Origin: Phoronis australis
Taxonomy: Eukaryota; Animalia; Phoronida
Direction: 5' to 3'
DNA length: 64,000 nucleotides
NCBI GenBank assembly: GCA_002633005.1
Contig: NMRA01000811.1
Location: 1-64,000 of the forward strand
Shown in pieces: positions 33,247 to 48,200 of the stretch; positions within the stretch are counted from its first letter, which is position 1, and every line of letters starts with the position of its first letter. The position numbers and the translations under genes are program-made. A model generated the notes under the pieces. The model was not told the origin of the DNA and ran no database searches. It worked only from the letters and a program-made list of their open reading frames with translations.

Positions 33247-36200
33247 ATGGATGATCCAAGAATTGAGTGGATCAGGGATCGTGCCTATACTGCTTTAGAC
33301 ATCACAGATCCAGAGGTTTTTGAAGAATTACTGAACAGAGACGACGGCGTCTGCGAGCTAAATTTGGCCAAGTTTCTCAACGAAACAACAGAGGACAGTT
33401 CACCTGCATTGGTATTTTACAAAGAAATTAGAGAGGAAGAAGAGGAGGTCGAAATAGAATGTGGTTAGTCTCTGTTGCTTCAACCATCTGAGGCACTAGT
33501 CGGATATAATGGACCTTGACTTAGAGAACCCGGCAATCACTGAAGAATGAGCCTATTACTCAGTGGATCGTGAAACTGGTTCTCCAAATCATGGTCCACT
33601 TATTCCGACCTGTGAGTGCCAAGATATGTGTCTGCATGGAGTAATCAAGACATAATTCACCTTCTCCATTTGCAATTTGACATTATTAGATTAGATAATA
33701 GTTGGATACATGGGTCACTACATAACTTCAAAACTTACCCATCAGAAATTTGAAATACCTCATTTGATTTTCTAAAGTATGCGTACGATTTCACTGACCT
33801 TCGTGGTGGGAATGTGATGTCTCTTACCTTGTAATTATGCATTTGCGTGCTCATATCAACTTGTGAAGCACCTAGCATCAGGGGACAACTTAAACATAAA
33901 TAAGGTGTACTGTGTTTTAAGCTATATGGCATATGCTGATTGAATTTGAAACTACCCCACTAATTGATTCGGACTTGCTAGTTCAGTGCTTCGTAAAGGG
34001 AAACATCTCGGGAAACCAGTGAAATAACTCCATTTTATATTGTCCTGTATCTTTTAGACCGGGTACATCTGTATACTGCCCTATATAGACAGGGTTAATC
34101 TGTATACCGTCCTGTAGACGGTACATCTGTATACCGTCGTGTAGACAGGGTAAATCTGTATACTGTCCTGTAGACAGGGTACATCTGTATACCATTTTGT
34201 AGACGGTACATCTGTATACCATTGTGTAGACAGTACATCTGTATACCGTCCTGTAGACAGGGTACATCATTATACCGTCGTGTAGACAGGGTACATGTCG
34301 TGACATTTCAACTACATTGTATTTCACAGATGAACATAATTCATTTGGCTGCTTAAGCTTCAGAAATGATTACAGACCTGAGTTTCAAAATTTTTCTGTT
34401 AATGAGTTATGTATAAGAGTTAGTTTTACATGCAGCTTGGACATCTGACTTTAAGTAGGATGTATTCAAATCTTGTTCAGACACTTATGATATCCCGTTC
34501 TGGTTGAGAAACGTGCATTACCAGTTAGACTGCGATCAGTTCTAATTAGTTGTCGGTGTCGTGTCTACGTGGAAGCTTCAATTGAATATTTTTGTGTTTG
34601 TAGAACCAGAAATTCCAGATATCGAACCAGTTGAGGATGAAAATGAGGAAGGGGCAGAGGGGGACAACAAGATCAATGATGAGCCGGTGCCTCAACCCCC
34701 TGGCAGTGCCATGAGCGGGGCCACAGAGGATGGAGAAAAGAAAGGCAAAAAAGGTAATGGCGTCCCATAATGAGCAGTGAAAACAGATAGCAGTTGATAG
34801 GCTAGTTAGAGAGTATAGATTTGGACACCAGTTGGTTAGATGGTTTGGTTGTTAGATATTATGTAGTTTATTAGTTTTTGTTGTTTGTCCTAAAGTACAG
34901 ATGTTTAGTGGTAATGAAGTGGGATGCCTTATTTTTATGTAAGGCTATTAAACAATTTTGTGTCATTACCAACTAAAATGTATTGGAATAGAATGGATAA
35001 AAATGTGAATAAGGCAGATGTTAGATATACAGTATACATTAAAAACTATCATTCCAAGCTGTACAGTCTTCATCAGTGGTATTTCTTCTATATTTGTCTT
35101 TTTATCCATTTTATTCTTATAGTCTTACTGGTTCTTGCTTTCAAAAACAAGTTTTTAGCAGATGCAGAAAGTTGCTGAATAACATGTTGGACCGTCCCGT
35201 TCAACCTTCAATTGGAATTGTGCTGTTTTTAAGAAGAACATGGCACACGTTTTCAAAGTCAACCTTCAATATAGTGCCATGCTTTTTGTCTAAATTGGCT
35301 TTATAGTTTAGGTAGCTGTGTCTGTGCTCATGTATGTAGTGCCTGTAGATGTGTTGCCGTGTATTGTCACTGGTTTGTTTCCATGCAATTTGCTTACATT
35401 CTTCTGCTGTTTTGTCCCAGACTCGGCTGTAGATGGTAAGTGCGTGAACCTGTTGGTAGAGTGCATTGACCCTGACTGTGTCACTTTGAGTTGGTTGTCT
35501 AGCTGGTTCTTGTTCTGTTTGAAGTGTTCCACTACAGTTTGTAATTGGACTCCTGATTGTGTTCCTTTCTTTTGATTTTAGCGTGGCACAAATTTCTTTA
35601 CGTCACAGTGAATATTTAGTATGCTACGAAATGATAATCATCAATTTTATTTTAAGGGAGACTATCTGGACATTGTGAAATTACAAATTAATGACATTTA
35701 AAATCGTGGAAATGAGTTTGTTTTGGTAAATTGTCTTTTTGTGAAAATTAAGGCAACAGTAAATCTGGGTTAAGTCGGATCCAACTAGAACAAAATGTAT
35801 TATCTGAGTAAGGCATACTTCTCATTATCCGAAAGAGTGAGTCTCAAACTAAGGGAATTGACTGTGCTACAGAAAGTTGTCCAAATTAAATGAAAATCTG
35901 ACTGGGGCATCTTCGACTTCTAAAGACAAGTTTTGCTTTATATTCATAAATTATTGTCGCTTTTGGATTTGACAAGGTATCTGATAAGTAGGTTGTTGGG
36001 TGCATTTAACGACACTCGTTTTTTCGATAAGTAATTAAAATGAGTCAGTGAGGATGAACCATTAATAAAGTTTGCGAAGTTGAACGGAATTAGACATATT
36101 TATCTCGGACAACACTTCAACAGCACAACTGCTTCAGTTTTCATACGTGAATGTATTATCTTTAAGCTTTTGCTTTCACAAAAATCTGCATGGCTAATTG

Positions 36201-39200
36201 GCCTTTGACTTCTCGGTTGTTGAACGATGTGATCTTCAGGTACTCACTGTGCCTGGCTTATAACTTTAGAGTTCAGGCAGGATGTTTTACAACACAATAC
36301 TCTTTATGTTTAAAATCAGTCGAAAGTAAGCTTGACTGTCGAGCTATTTCAGAAAGGGATGCAAACCCACTCAACTGACTACTAATTTAAAACTCGGCTG
36401 GCATTTATGGAAAAGTTCAACTACTCTCATTCGGAAATCCATCGCTCAATTTTGTTCCCAAAACGGTTATTCTAGAGAGGGAATATTATAAGACCGATCT
36501 GATGATTGTAAAATGTCTAAATCAGTTTTTTGTTTTTTAGATGACTAAACAGGTCGAAATGCACCGTTAAGTTTCTTCTTTTTCTCGCTGTCCAAATGTT
36601 GGCATTAAATTTGTTGAGTGCATGTTTGTTAAGAATTGCCACACACGCTTAACGTTTTCCAATCCTGGTTGAAGTGCTTCTTATAAAACATGAGTGATCC
36701 ACCCTTATAGGAAATTAGTTGATAGAAGTGTGAACTTTTGTGGAATTAAAGTCTGGATTGCTTTGGAGTACAAGTCTAATCTTAGAATGTGAGTGGAATC
36801 TCAGATTGCGTGCAACCTAAAATGTTTGGGGGTGCTAATTGCGTGTGAAAGCCAGTTCCTTCTGAACCAAGATCCTTAAAGCCTTGCAATAGCATTAAAC
36901 AGCAGTCTTGAGCTTGTCACTGGTGCCACCTATTGAGACATTCCGTGTTTGGTAAACCAGTAGAACTGTTAGTTTTTCATGCATGAATTGTTAGGAAATT
37001 CGAGTTAGAAATTTGTCTTTGTGCAAAGTGATGGGGATTTTGAAACTTCAAGACACTTTTGTTGTAAATACCACTGGCTTGGCTGTGTAAAAGTAGACTT
37101 AAACACTTCAAGAATGTCAGTGGCCAGTTTTTCATCTCACCTTGTAGCAAATAAGTATTTTTGGTAAATCTGGATTAGCCTGAGCTTTCAGTAGCCTGAC
37201 CGTCTATTTGTCTTCAACTGGCCTGCCTGCCTGCTACCGTGTCATTTAGTTTGTATTGTCTCCATTCTAGGCAAGAGAAAGAGGAAAGGTAAAGAGACCC
37301 CAGGTGATGACAAGACAGTGTCATCCACCCCTGTGCCTCCAGAAGAGCCCGAACAAGCCGAGCCCGAGCCCGTGGAGGAGGAACTGGCTCCAGCCACACC
37401 CAAACCACCCCAAACAGTAAGAGTTGTTGAGTTGTTGAGTCAGATAATACTGTGATCTCTTGTCTGTGTTTGCATCCGCACATCGTTACGTCATTATTCA
37501 CTAACGACACCTGGCCCAGTTATCTGGTGTTATTTCCGGCAAGTACGTCATGTGCTAATCTGGGTCGGCTGGTAGTACCATTGCTAAAAGCACTGACGAT
37601 ACCAACAGTTCTACTATTTTAAGAGTTTGAACAGTGTTTCAATGCCGGAAGTATTATTTCGCTTTTGTTACAGTACTGGACAGTAAAACAAATGCGAGAA
37701 TTTCCCGTCACAATACACTAACCGGAAACTGCAACAGATAATTTAGGAAAGTGGTGCCACCTCTTGGATAGCACAGAAGAAAATGTCGGAGTTGCAAATC
37801 TTGTCTATAATCTATGCTCAGAAGAAACGAATTTGTTCCTCAGTTATTGCCTTCCAATCATATAGGCAGAGACACTGAGTAGCTCTATGCAACTGAACAC
37901 CAACAGATGATGCTTTATTGGAAATTTGTAGTACTCAATGTAGTAAATGTATGATGTAATGTGTTACAGAAAATCATCATGCAGAAGGTGTTGCGTACGT
38001 ACATGTTCATGTGCTACAACCAGCTACCAGAGGATGTGGCAGCCACAGACTCTGTCTTCTTCCTCCGCAACACTCCAGGTATGGTGCCCCTACCCAACAC
38101 TTTGGACGAGGCACGCCAGATATTACCTGCCATGATCGAGATGGGCGTACTCAACGGGCACACATTAGTCATGTTGGAAAATGTTATTACNGCAGGTGAG
38201 TGATGGTTGTCGGGGTGATTTAGTTACTGTTAGTGACGATTGAGATGGGAGTACTCAATCGGCAAACATTGGTCATGTTTTAGAGAATACAATATGGTAC
38301 TTGACCACAGCATCAAGCAATTATATAGGAGTTCTCTCTGAAGTAAAGCGACCTCTTGTGTACACATTGTATATTAAATATTTGTTGTCATTTCAGGTGT
38401 TCATGCCTTTGCTGTCCATCCACCAACAGAAGTCTGGAGAATCATCAGCCCAGGCCGCAGTGCCCTCTTCAGCACGTTTGTCCAGGGCTGGCACATCCGA
38501 CTCAAAGGCAGCCATGGAGGCAGACTCTGAGAACCTTGCTGAGGGGGAGGAGATGAAAATGGACATTGCCGAGTCGCGTGCCAAGGCTCTACTTCGCGAT
38601 GAGTTCTTGATCAACATGCAGAAATTTGCTGCTGGCATCAACCGTACGATTCAACAGATTGAGGGCGAAGTTCGTCTGGAAGTGCCAGATATTGAGTTGA
38701 GTGACGACATGGCAGAGAATCTAAACAACCCCGAACTGATTGCTGAAATTGAGCAGATATGTCAGGGCTGGGGCAAGCAGGTCTCTGATGCCCTGGATGA
38801 TATACTAAAGAAGACGCCTCAGGGCAACGGGCCTCTGGCCGAAATTGATTTCTGGCGCGAGCGTAACGGGGCGCTCAGTGCACTTATAGAGCAGCTGAAA
38901 TCTCCAAAGGTGCAGAGGATTTTCAACATTTACAATCAACTGGAAACTGCTGTAGACTATCAAAGAGCCGATCTGAACAAGTACCATACTGAGGCTAAAG
39001 ACAACGTGCGCTTTCTTTCCACACTGGAGCGCCACTTTAAGAATATCACCCATGGTGCGACATTCCACGTTGTCATAGAAACACTTCCGTCCATGATGAA
39101 TGCTCTCCGTATGGTCTGGATTATCTCGAGACACTATAACAGAGACGAGCGCATGATCCCCCTGATGGAAAGAATTGCCTGGGAATTGGCGGAGAGGGTA

Positions 39201-42200
39201 GCAAGAGTTATCAACATTCGAACAATTTTTAAGTAAGTTTGTTTCTCTCTCAGTGAAGGTTTTTCAATTCTTTGAGCAAGTATTAGTTGTTGAAGCGGGT
39301 GTTGTATAAACAAACAGTTAAGTCACAAATTTTTGGAAAATCAGATTACTTAAGAACCTAGTGATTTGTATTAAATTTTAAAGTTTATTTTATGTATTTT
39401 GATTTTAGCTGGTGATTGAAAATACTCATTTTTAAGGTTTTAATTCAACCAATGACATAAACCAGTCTGTTGTGTCCTGCATAGGTGCTCAAACATGTTT
39501 ACTGAACAATGTGTTGAAAACTGCTGCAGAGTAAACTTGCCATTGTTGGCAATGCTCTGATTGGTCGTAATAGTAGTTTCTATGGCAACGTTTTGTAGCG
39601 ATGGCCCTGATGAGGTGAAGAGAAAGACTGCTGAAGCAGGGAAGATGCTGGAACTCTGGAAGAAGGCTTACTTTGACGTGCGCGCAAAGATTGAGGCATC
39701 AGGCCGTGACTCACGATGGGAGTTTGACAGGAAGAGGCTGTTTGAGCGTACTGAGTACATGGCAAATATTTGTGCTGACCTCTACAAAGTGGCACAGGTC
39801 AGGGGTCATTGCAGACTTTTTCATATGGCACATTTTGACTGACTTCCTGTAGAGTTAAAACTGATGAGACATCTTTTCTTCGCTGTCTTGTCATCACCAC
39901 TCCCTTCTTTAAGTCTGTCTTCTAATAACTTGCTTTCTATTGGTCAGTTTATGGTGAACGTGGTTACTAGTTCTGTTGTTACTAGAATTAGCTTTACTAT
40001 CAGTGTAACTTTCTACTATTGTCATTTTGTAGTTGATGCAAGATTATTGGTATGTGCATATCATCAAGCACGTCATATATTTTCGTTATTTTTTCTTGTT
40101 CAAATAAGAAATGACGTACGTTACAAATCTGAAGTTTCTGCTCTAAAGGTGTTATTCACGTTTTGCATGTTTTAGGTATTGGAAGAGTTTTACAACATTT
40201 TTGGTCCTGAGCTCAAGGCTGTTACTGGCGACCCAAAACGTATAGAGGATGTGTTGAAGAGAGTGGACGCTCTGGTTAACCCCCTTCAAGAGGTAATGCC
40301 TGTTGACATGGCATGCTGTAGGTCATAAGATCTGGTCCCTTTTTAGTTTCCTTGGGATTAGTGGATAATGGTCTGATACAACGTGCCCACATTTTTAGAG
40401 CAGTTGATGCCCGTTATTCAGTGAAGAAAACTGGTTCTGAAAATGCGGGCATGTTATATCAGACTATTAGCCACCATTGAGTAGATTAATAAATTTGAAA
40501 AGTCAAACACAAAGTGCAGTACATGATTGACAAAAGTAACTGGACAAAGTACTGTTTCTTCCATCATGATGCCTTATTCTGTGAACAGCAAAGATAATTG
40601 TTAATAACTGTTTTTAAGTTTCATGTCAATTCCCTTTCACTCTCAGTCATGAGGGATGACTAATCTAACGATGAATTTGTCTTCCGCCCTGCCATCATGA
40701 CAGAGAATTCTGGGTCGTTTTGTCTAGTGAATACTATTTGCTTGTACTGTACTTTCATTTCAAGACCTAAATGCTGCCATGGTGGTGTTTGTGGTAATCT
40801 AGTAGATAATTTGTTTGTGTTGTAATGGCTTAGTATGAAGTATATCTTCTAAAAACAGGTCTTAGATAACAGCTGTTTTGACTTTGGCTTACTCTGTCAT
40901 GCTTAATGCACTTAGCATATAATTTTGTTGTTTTTAAATGTTTAGGTGGAGTTTGATCCATTTAGCATAAGGTCTCAGGGGTCGTGGAAAACTGTCATGG
41001 ACTGGTTCAATAAAGAGGTGACCTCTATTGAGAACGAGGCCAAGAACTTCATCGATCAGTCCTTCAAGACTCTTCGCTCTGCTGAGGGTGCGTTTGACAT
41101 GCTGCTCAACTTTCGGCACATTAGGTCACGTGATGCCATCAACAAGCAAATGATGATGAAGTTCAATGACATTTTGAGGCAGTATGAAAAAGAGGTAAGG
41201 ATATTATAAGAAGGAGGCAAAACCGTTTGACGGTGGTTTTGAGTTTAACATGTATTTGAGTGTGTGGCAAAAGGTGAAGTTTGCTTTTGTTTTTTATTAG
41301 CCATTTTAGTGGGCATTAGTTATTTCACAGCATGGCTGTTTTTTTGTAAAACGTCATTTTAAATAACTTCTGTTTTGAGAAATGTTTCGTATCATTTTTC
41401 ATCAGTTTGTGTCTTGGATTTAAGAGCTTCTTTTTACACTGCAGGTTATTAGTGTTACCTGTTTCCTACTTAACACTTCGGAAGTTTGCAAGAATGGCGA
41501 AAGGTATATGTCACGAAGTCAAACTTCTGATTATTTGCCTCTGAGTTAGTGCTGCTCAATGTTTCGTGTGATCTTGTCCATTTCCAGGTTGACACTATGA
41601 ACGCCCTCTATCAGAAGCACAAAGAGAACCCTCCACTGCATAAGAACCAGCCACCAGTAGCTGGCACTATCCACTGGGAACGGTCACTGTTCTATCGCAT
41701 GAAGCATACCATTATTCGCTTCCAGACAATGGAAGAAATGATGACAAGCGAGCAGGGAAAGGCGGTGAGTGGGATTTAATATGCTCATCAACACTATTTC
41801 ATAATTGTAGCCGGAGCAGATTGGGTGGACATTAAATTTTCATGTGATAGTGGTGTTGACAAGGGAGTTGTCACTTGATGTTCACAAACATTTTCAGTGT
41901 TTCATGTTGTAATCTACTGCACCAACATGTGCGACTATGTACCGTAAACACTGTCATTTTTATAGCTATTCAAAAAATTAATCATGTTCTTTGTTGTAAA
42001 TGTCTGCACAACAACATTTTTGGGTTATAGTCAGACATAACATGCCCACATTTTGAGAACCATATTTCTCCACTGAATAAGATGCATCAAACTAGTTCTC
42101 AAACCGTGGGCACGTTATATTCTACTATTACCCATTTTTGATCTCGCTATTTCTGATAAAAAGAGCTAACAGCAACGATGTTAAATGTGCAGGCTCGAGC

Positions 42201-45200
42201 ACACTACCTGAGTGTAGCCAAGCAGATGAAGGCATTTGAAGACGAGTTATACATTGTGTGGCGTGAACATGTTGAGCACATTCTACCGTCGCTACTTAAG
42301 AGGAACCTGCTGGCTAAACCAGTGGAGAAGGGTGTGATAGTGAAGGCTGAGGTGGATGAGCAAGCAAGAGAAGGAAGCCTTCATCCAAGTATGTATACGT
42401 GCTCGTCAAGATTCTGATCACTTTTAATTTCTAATTTTTGATTACCAACAGGAAAAATGTTAGTGATGAAGTTTTAAGGTTTTAGTCATGTGTCATAGTC
42501 TGCAGTGGAAGATTTGAATTGCTTTATAATTTTATTTGCAAATTTTGACTTTTGCTAAAATTATTCGTTTTATAGATTCTGCCCTTCATTCTGAAATAGA
42601 CCACAGTTTAATCAAATGCATGACGAACCTTTCTGGAAAACTTTCTTTATTTTTTGTGATAATTATGTTATTATTTTTTCTATTGTTTTAAACCATGTTA
42701 GCGCCTGAGTTGGTATGTGTTGTTGTTTGTTAAGGTGGCAGTAAGTCTATTGTGGATTTAGACGACGATGATTTGGCTGATGATAAAAAGGCCGGTATGT
42801 CTGAGTGTGATGTGAACTTACTCTGAATTCTGTACTCCTCCACTGACTAACAGTGACATGTTTTAGACTTTTATTAGTCGTATTGAGCATGTTATCGGGC
42901 ACACACAAATGTGCTTCGAGACTGATCAACATGGCATTACTAGTTGCCAATTATCTTCTCCCAAATACAGTGCAGCTGTTGAAAAAAAATGTATAGTGTT
43001 ATTTTGGCTTACATCAAAAGTTGCCCTGTAAAAATAATGCAATAGTTTGTTAGTAAAGCACATACATGTCCCAGCCGTATTGTCATGTGTAGTCTGCCTT
43101 ACTGGTCAGTAATGCTGTCCCAGCCGTATTGTCATGCGTAGTCTGTTCGTCTGCATGCTCAACATGACTAAATGCTAAATAACCATGACTAAATAATCTC
43201 TTCTTCAATTCTCTGTCAGGTACATCAAACTATCTCGGTCTGCATCATTTATTTCCTGCCTTGATTGCCTATCAGAGTAGTAGCCTGCATTGCTTTTCTG
43301 TCACTGACAGTAGCCTCTAGTTCTTTTCTGGTTTCTGCTTTACGTACTCACAGGTCACAAACTTTAAACATACGTGAATTGATTCCATGACTGTTGGTAA
43401 GATTTTGATCAATCTTTCAACAAATTTGTTTTTGTGTGTCTCGCAACAGAACATGATATGCTTTTTTTCAGACGTGATCAATCGATTCACTATTCTATGT
43501 AATTCTTTTCTAATGTTAATTAGATCTAAGCTCTCATTACCATTGTTTTTATTGTGTATCTTAGATCTTCCTTAATTGTTTACTAATCTGGTTTTACTGC
43601 ATCATAGAGAAATAATTCGGTGTTCATAGTAGGGTTTAATCTGTAGGTGTTGAAATCGAGTTTGCTTTTGTGAATAATATGACATTGAATTTTGTCTTGT
43701 TAGTGCTTGTAGCATTACGTGTGTGATATAACTGTATGTCTATTTGCTGTGGCCAATTAGCATGAATTGTGTTCTTAGCTAAGTACTAATTCTGTAGACT
43801 TGATCATTTGTAGTGACTTCATCTAGGTCAGGGTCGCCACGGCAACAGTCCGCCAAACAAAAACACGAGGTCGAACTCGAAGAAGGTACCGTCAGATCAG
43901 CCGATGTCCTCCTGTGTCTTCCCAACTATTTCTGTTTATGTGCTCCTCGCTGTCACCTCTCCATTTGTGTCACACTGTCTTCACACTTTGTCACTTTTGG
44001 TGTTTTTTGAGTTTTAAACACGTGTTCAGCATCACGCCTTGGCACAAACGTCATGGGATTCTCCGCGGCCAGCCAACTGTGAAGTACTGCTGGACTTCAA
44101 CGTTAACCAAACAAGAAATCACTGTCCGGTTTTATTCAATTATTTGAGGCTGTCTGTTGGTCATGTCCAGATAAAATCTTTTTGTAAGTCAACATGTTCA
44201 CCAATCTTTCATACTTAAGTTGGATCTTTGCACTTCGACCTTTACTCTGTAAGATTTTTTGTTTTAACTTGTAATTAAACCATTTACAAATAAAACAGTC
44301 TGAATGTAATCATAAATACAATGCATTTTGGGAGTAGCCGTAGATAAGTGTCCACACCCAGCATTATCCCCTGAATCCTCCCATAGATGGCAGCAGCAGC
44401 TATTTTCAATTTCATTCCCTCACCTTTTTGAAACCTAGTTCCCTTGCTTTAATTGATGACATCTCATCAAGTTAAAGCAGGCAATTGTCTTCACCAGTCT
44501 TCAATATTTGTTGTTACACTCTCTGTGTTTCCTCGAGTTTCTACATCTGTCCTTTCTGTCTCAAGATTTTAAGACACGTTTTACTTTGGATGTTACACAG
44601 TGAATGATTGCTGACGCACATGTGATTAAATGTAATTTTTGAAGCATTTTTGATGCTTTAGAAGTTTGTTAAATAAACTTCATTCACCTGAATTGCTTCA
44701 TCTCAATTTATTACTCGTCAAATTTTAAACAGTCTATGATCCTGATGAAAAGGTGAGCAACATTGAATTAGCAAAATGTGTGTGTACTGTTGAAATCTAA
44801 CAGCATGTACTTAAGATTATAATGAAATAGTCCGCTGGTCTAATGGGTTGAATCAACGCAAGTTCTGAAATGAGTGATCCGTGTTTGCATGAAAAGCATG
44901 TACTTTGTTATTTGGCCTAAGTCTAAGAGAATGTTACTGCTACACTGTACACCTTTGGCTTAACCGGCCACTGTGTCCAGTCACTTGACCACTGTCCTTC
45001 TGTTGTAGTGAAAGACGAAGGCAACGTTAAGTATGTTGTGGACTTTGACCCTGAACTAGCGGAAATCATAACAGAGACTCGATACATGGAGCAGCTGGGA
45101 CTGAGCGTTCCTGAACTGGCCAGAAATGTGGCTCTGCAGGTAAATTGAGTTTATATGAATATGTAAATCTTGAACTGGTCAGCATGCCACCTGTTGGCCA

Positions 45201-48200
45201 CATGTAGTGATAAACTTAGTTGGTTGTAACCGGTAAGAATTTGCACCGCTAGTGGAAAGTCCTTCGTTCGAGCCCCGGTTGAGACAGAAACTGATGTTTT
45301 CAGACTTAACTATAGGTCACGTGATGTGTCCAACATATGAGTTGTACCATGTCAATGCACTGATTTGTAACAGCACAATTGTGTACACAGATAGTGGAAT
45401 TATTTTAACTCGTTGGCTTGTCGGTTGCCGTGTAATGTTGCAAATTAACTTACATTAATTTGGAGCTTATGTCTCTGCTATCCTGAGCTGAGTCTTATCC
45501 CAGACACTTAGTTGTTGATATTTGCTGGTCAAGCATACTGCATTGTAAAACGATTGGTTGACTCAAGTTTGTTGGCGAAAATTTACGGTGTTTCTGTCCA
45601 GGATTGTATTTTGTGAGTACTTTGGTGGTGTGACTGATGTTACTTTTGTTTTTAAACAGGAAGAGAAATACATCAAGTATGTTGATGGCTTGAAACAGAT
45701 GTTAGACAGATATCACAATGTTATCTCTTCACTCGATCAGGCTGAGGTAAATTGTCTTGTAGTTTCAGTTATTGCTTTCGCCAGTCTTTTTTGTCTACCG
45801 AATTTCAAACTTGTTTTTTGTGAACCTCATGACATTAGATCTGCGGTGTTAGGGTAGAGTCATAAACATTCACTATGATATCTTTCTAATGCCTCATCTC
45901 CTGCTGACTGCTGTTAATTTAATAAGTATTATTGAGACTCCTATCGCTTTTATTGATTCTAGATGTAACACAATCAGAACGTTTGTTCCAGATTGTTGCC
46001 ATGGTTTCACGCACGTTGCGTTGTGATGGTAGAAATTTATTTTGAAACGCCAAAGAAATGTTTTAGTTTACTCCATACGTGCAGTTCTTGAATATCACTT
46101 TTAAATCTTGTAGTCTCAACTGTTGGAAGATCACATGAAACTATTGCGACGTGTCATCCGACCTGGTGCTAAACGACTCAACTGGAACTCACTGGGTATT
46201 GGAGACTTTGTGGGAAAGTGTACCGCTGTAAGTAGGACAACATGTAACATTGACTATACATAAACGGACATGGATATACAATAATTAGTATAGTTGGGAG
46301 GCAGACCCTCCCTCAAACAGATTTCATCAAAACACATTGCTATAATCACTGTTTCTGATCTTTTTTCTCACCTGTTCATATTCACAGAAAACTTCTACAG
46401 TTCTCTGTATGTCTTTCGTAACGTCAGTGTTGGAAAAATGATGACGCACAGTAAAAATACTAGCAAATATATTCTAGTATGTTGCACTACCATATCTATC
46501 AAAGGGAGCTGTCTTATGATGTAAAAGTTTTCCGTGAATATGAACGGGTGAGGAAAGAGTTCTGCAACGATGACTATAGTTTTTAATGAATTGTGAGACC
46601 TTGCTGCAATGAATGTCCAGTATGTACTGTGTAATCATTGTCAAACAAAGTTTTGTTGAACACGACGTTCCATCTGTAATCAGTCAGTAGGACACTGGAT
46701 TTTACTGCATTTTGCTCTGACTTGTTTAATTGAGTGGTTACTGGTTTGAAGTAGTTTTCTTTGTGTGTGTGGGATTGAGTACTTATGTTTTTTTCATGAT
46801 TGCCCATTATGGAACTTCCCTGAAGATGTCTCATAAGAGATACAAAGTACCAGACAATTGCATTGTATATATTCTCGTTATGTGATTTGAATATGAAGCC
46901 TGTAATATTGACTTCTCGTGCTTTCCTCACTGACATGAGCCGGGGTAATATTTTACGTCAACTGACGCCTAACACAAGCTCAGCCTGCCACCAATCGTAG
47001 CGTTTATTTATTAAGGTCATTAATTACAAATGGAACGTCGTGTTCAACGAAACTTGTCTCAAGGAAAATTTGCTGCCAAGGTATTCTAATGTCAGACATA
47101 GAAAAACCAATTAAACTTATTTGTGTTATGTCTTCGCAGGCCATCGCCAAGTTTGAGTCCCTGGTGAACCAGATCCAGAAGAACGCTGCAGACATCAACT
47201 CCAGACTGGAGACCATCGAGACGGCAGATCTGTTCAGGGGTCCACCACCAAAACATGGCACACTGCCCAACTGCAAGGTTTGTTAATATGTCACATGACC
47301 ATGCTCCTCTTGATGTGAGCTATGTAAAATTGTGAATGAGCTAACCCCTTCATGAATTGAACCCCCATAGACCATGATTTAGAAAAAATTCTAAATATAG
47401 GCCCATAGAGGCGCAATTCAAAATTTCTATGATTTAGAGGATTTCTCACAATAAACAGTAGTAGCAAGTGTAAACAAAGAGATTTATTAAGAGAACATGG
47501 TGTAGTTTATTTCAGTATGTCTTACTTATGTACAATTTAAGATAATCAAAAGTACCATTGGTACCCCCATAAACTTTCTTAACAACACAACATATTCCAT
47601 GTCGACGTCTCTGGTACATTTTCCACATAGGCCGAGACTTGTATTCTGGGTACCAAAATGGTAAAAAATGTGCCATTTATCATATAATATAGTCCCTGTG
47701 GCTTGCTACCAAAAATTCCCAATCAATGGGAATTTTGGGACTGAAATTTGGCATAGGCTTCTTTCAATGCATGAACGTCTGCCACTTATTGAATTTTGAC
47801 TTTGCTGCATACAGTTCTCAGCTTTTGATATTAAGTGAACACACCACATTTATAATTATAACTCATATAAATCACTGCATAATCTTGGAAGAATTTGCTG
47901 AAGCCATTTCAATGTAGATGTGTCACTTTACTGGGCTACAGCTGGCAATACTAATCTGTTTCGTGTCTACAATTTCAGGAGTACTTCGAGTTTGTGGAGG
48001 TAGAACGGTTCAAAGTGTTTGAGAATCTGTCTCGTAAGTACCGCGCTATTGGTCCATTGCTGACCAAGATGGAGGGCTTGGTGGTCAACACAAACACGGG
48101 GAACTCACCCAAGCTGCACCAGTACTATTTCTACTGGGAGAAACGGATATTTGGATCAATCACTAAGGTTAGTCACTCTTTTATTTGTCTGCTGAATCGT

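Noticed and set aside
38393-39134. Antisense ORFs over DNAH10 exons (also 51289-51531, 53595-53801, 56576-56917) and the many 60-120 aa intronic ORFs
   Set aside because: These are shadows of coding-strand codon bias or chance ORFs, with no recognisable domains or splice structure.
42702-43396. Extra DNAH10 exon candidates 42702-42712 (11 nt), 43220-43237 (18 nt) and 43354-43396 (43 nt)
   Set aside because: The 11-nt one is asymmetric, the 18-nt one has a weak donor (GTCTGC), and the 43-nt one has in-frame stops. Unsupported without RNA data.
45205-45285. tRNA gene
   Set aside because: Only a B-box-like motif; no acceptor stem or cloverleaf.
46820-46855. Hammerhead-like CTGAAGA-stem-CAAA (similar on the minus strand near 11165-11192 and 41383-41406)
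   Set aside because: The conserved GAAA or stems I/II are missing; at best decayed remnants.
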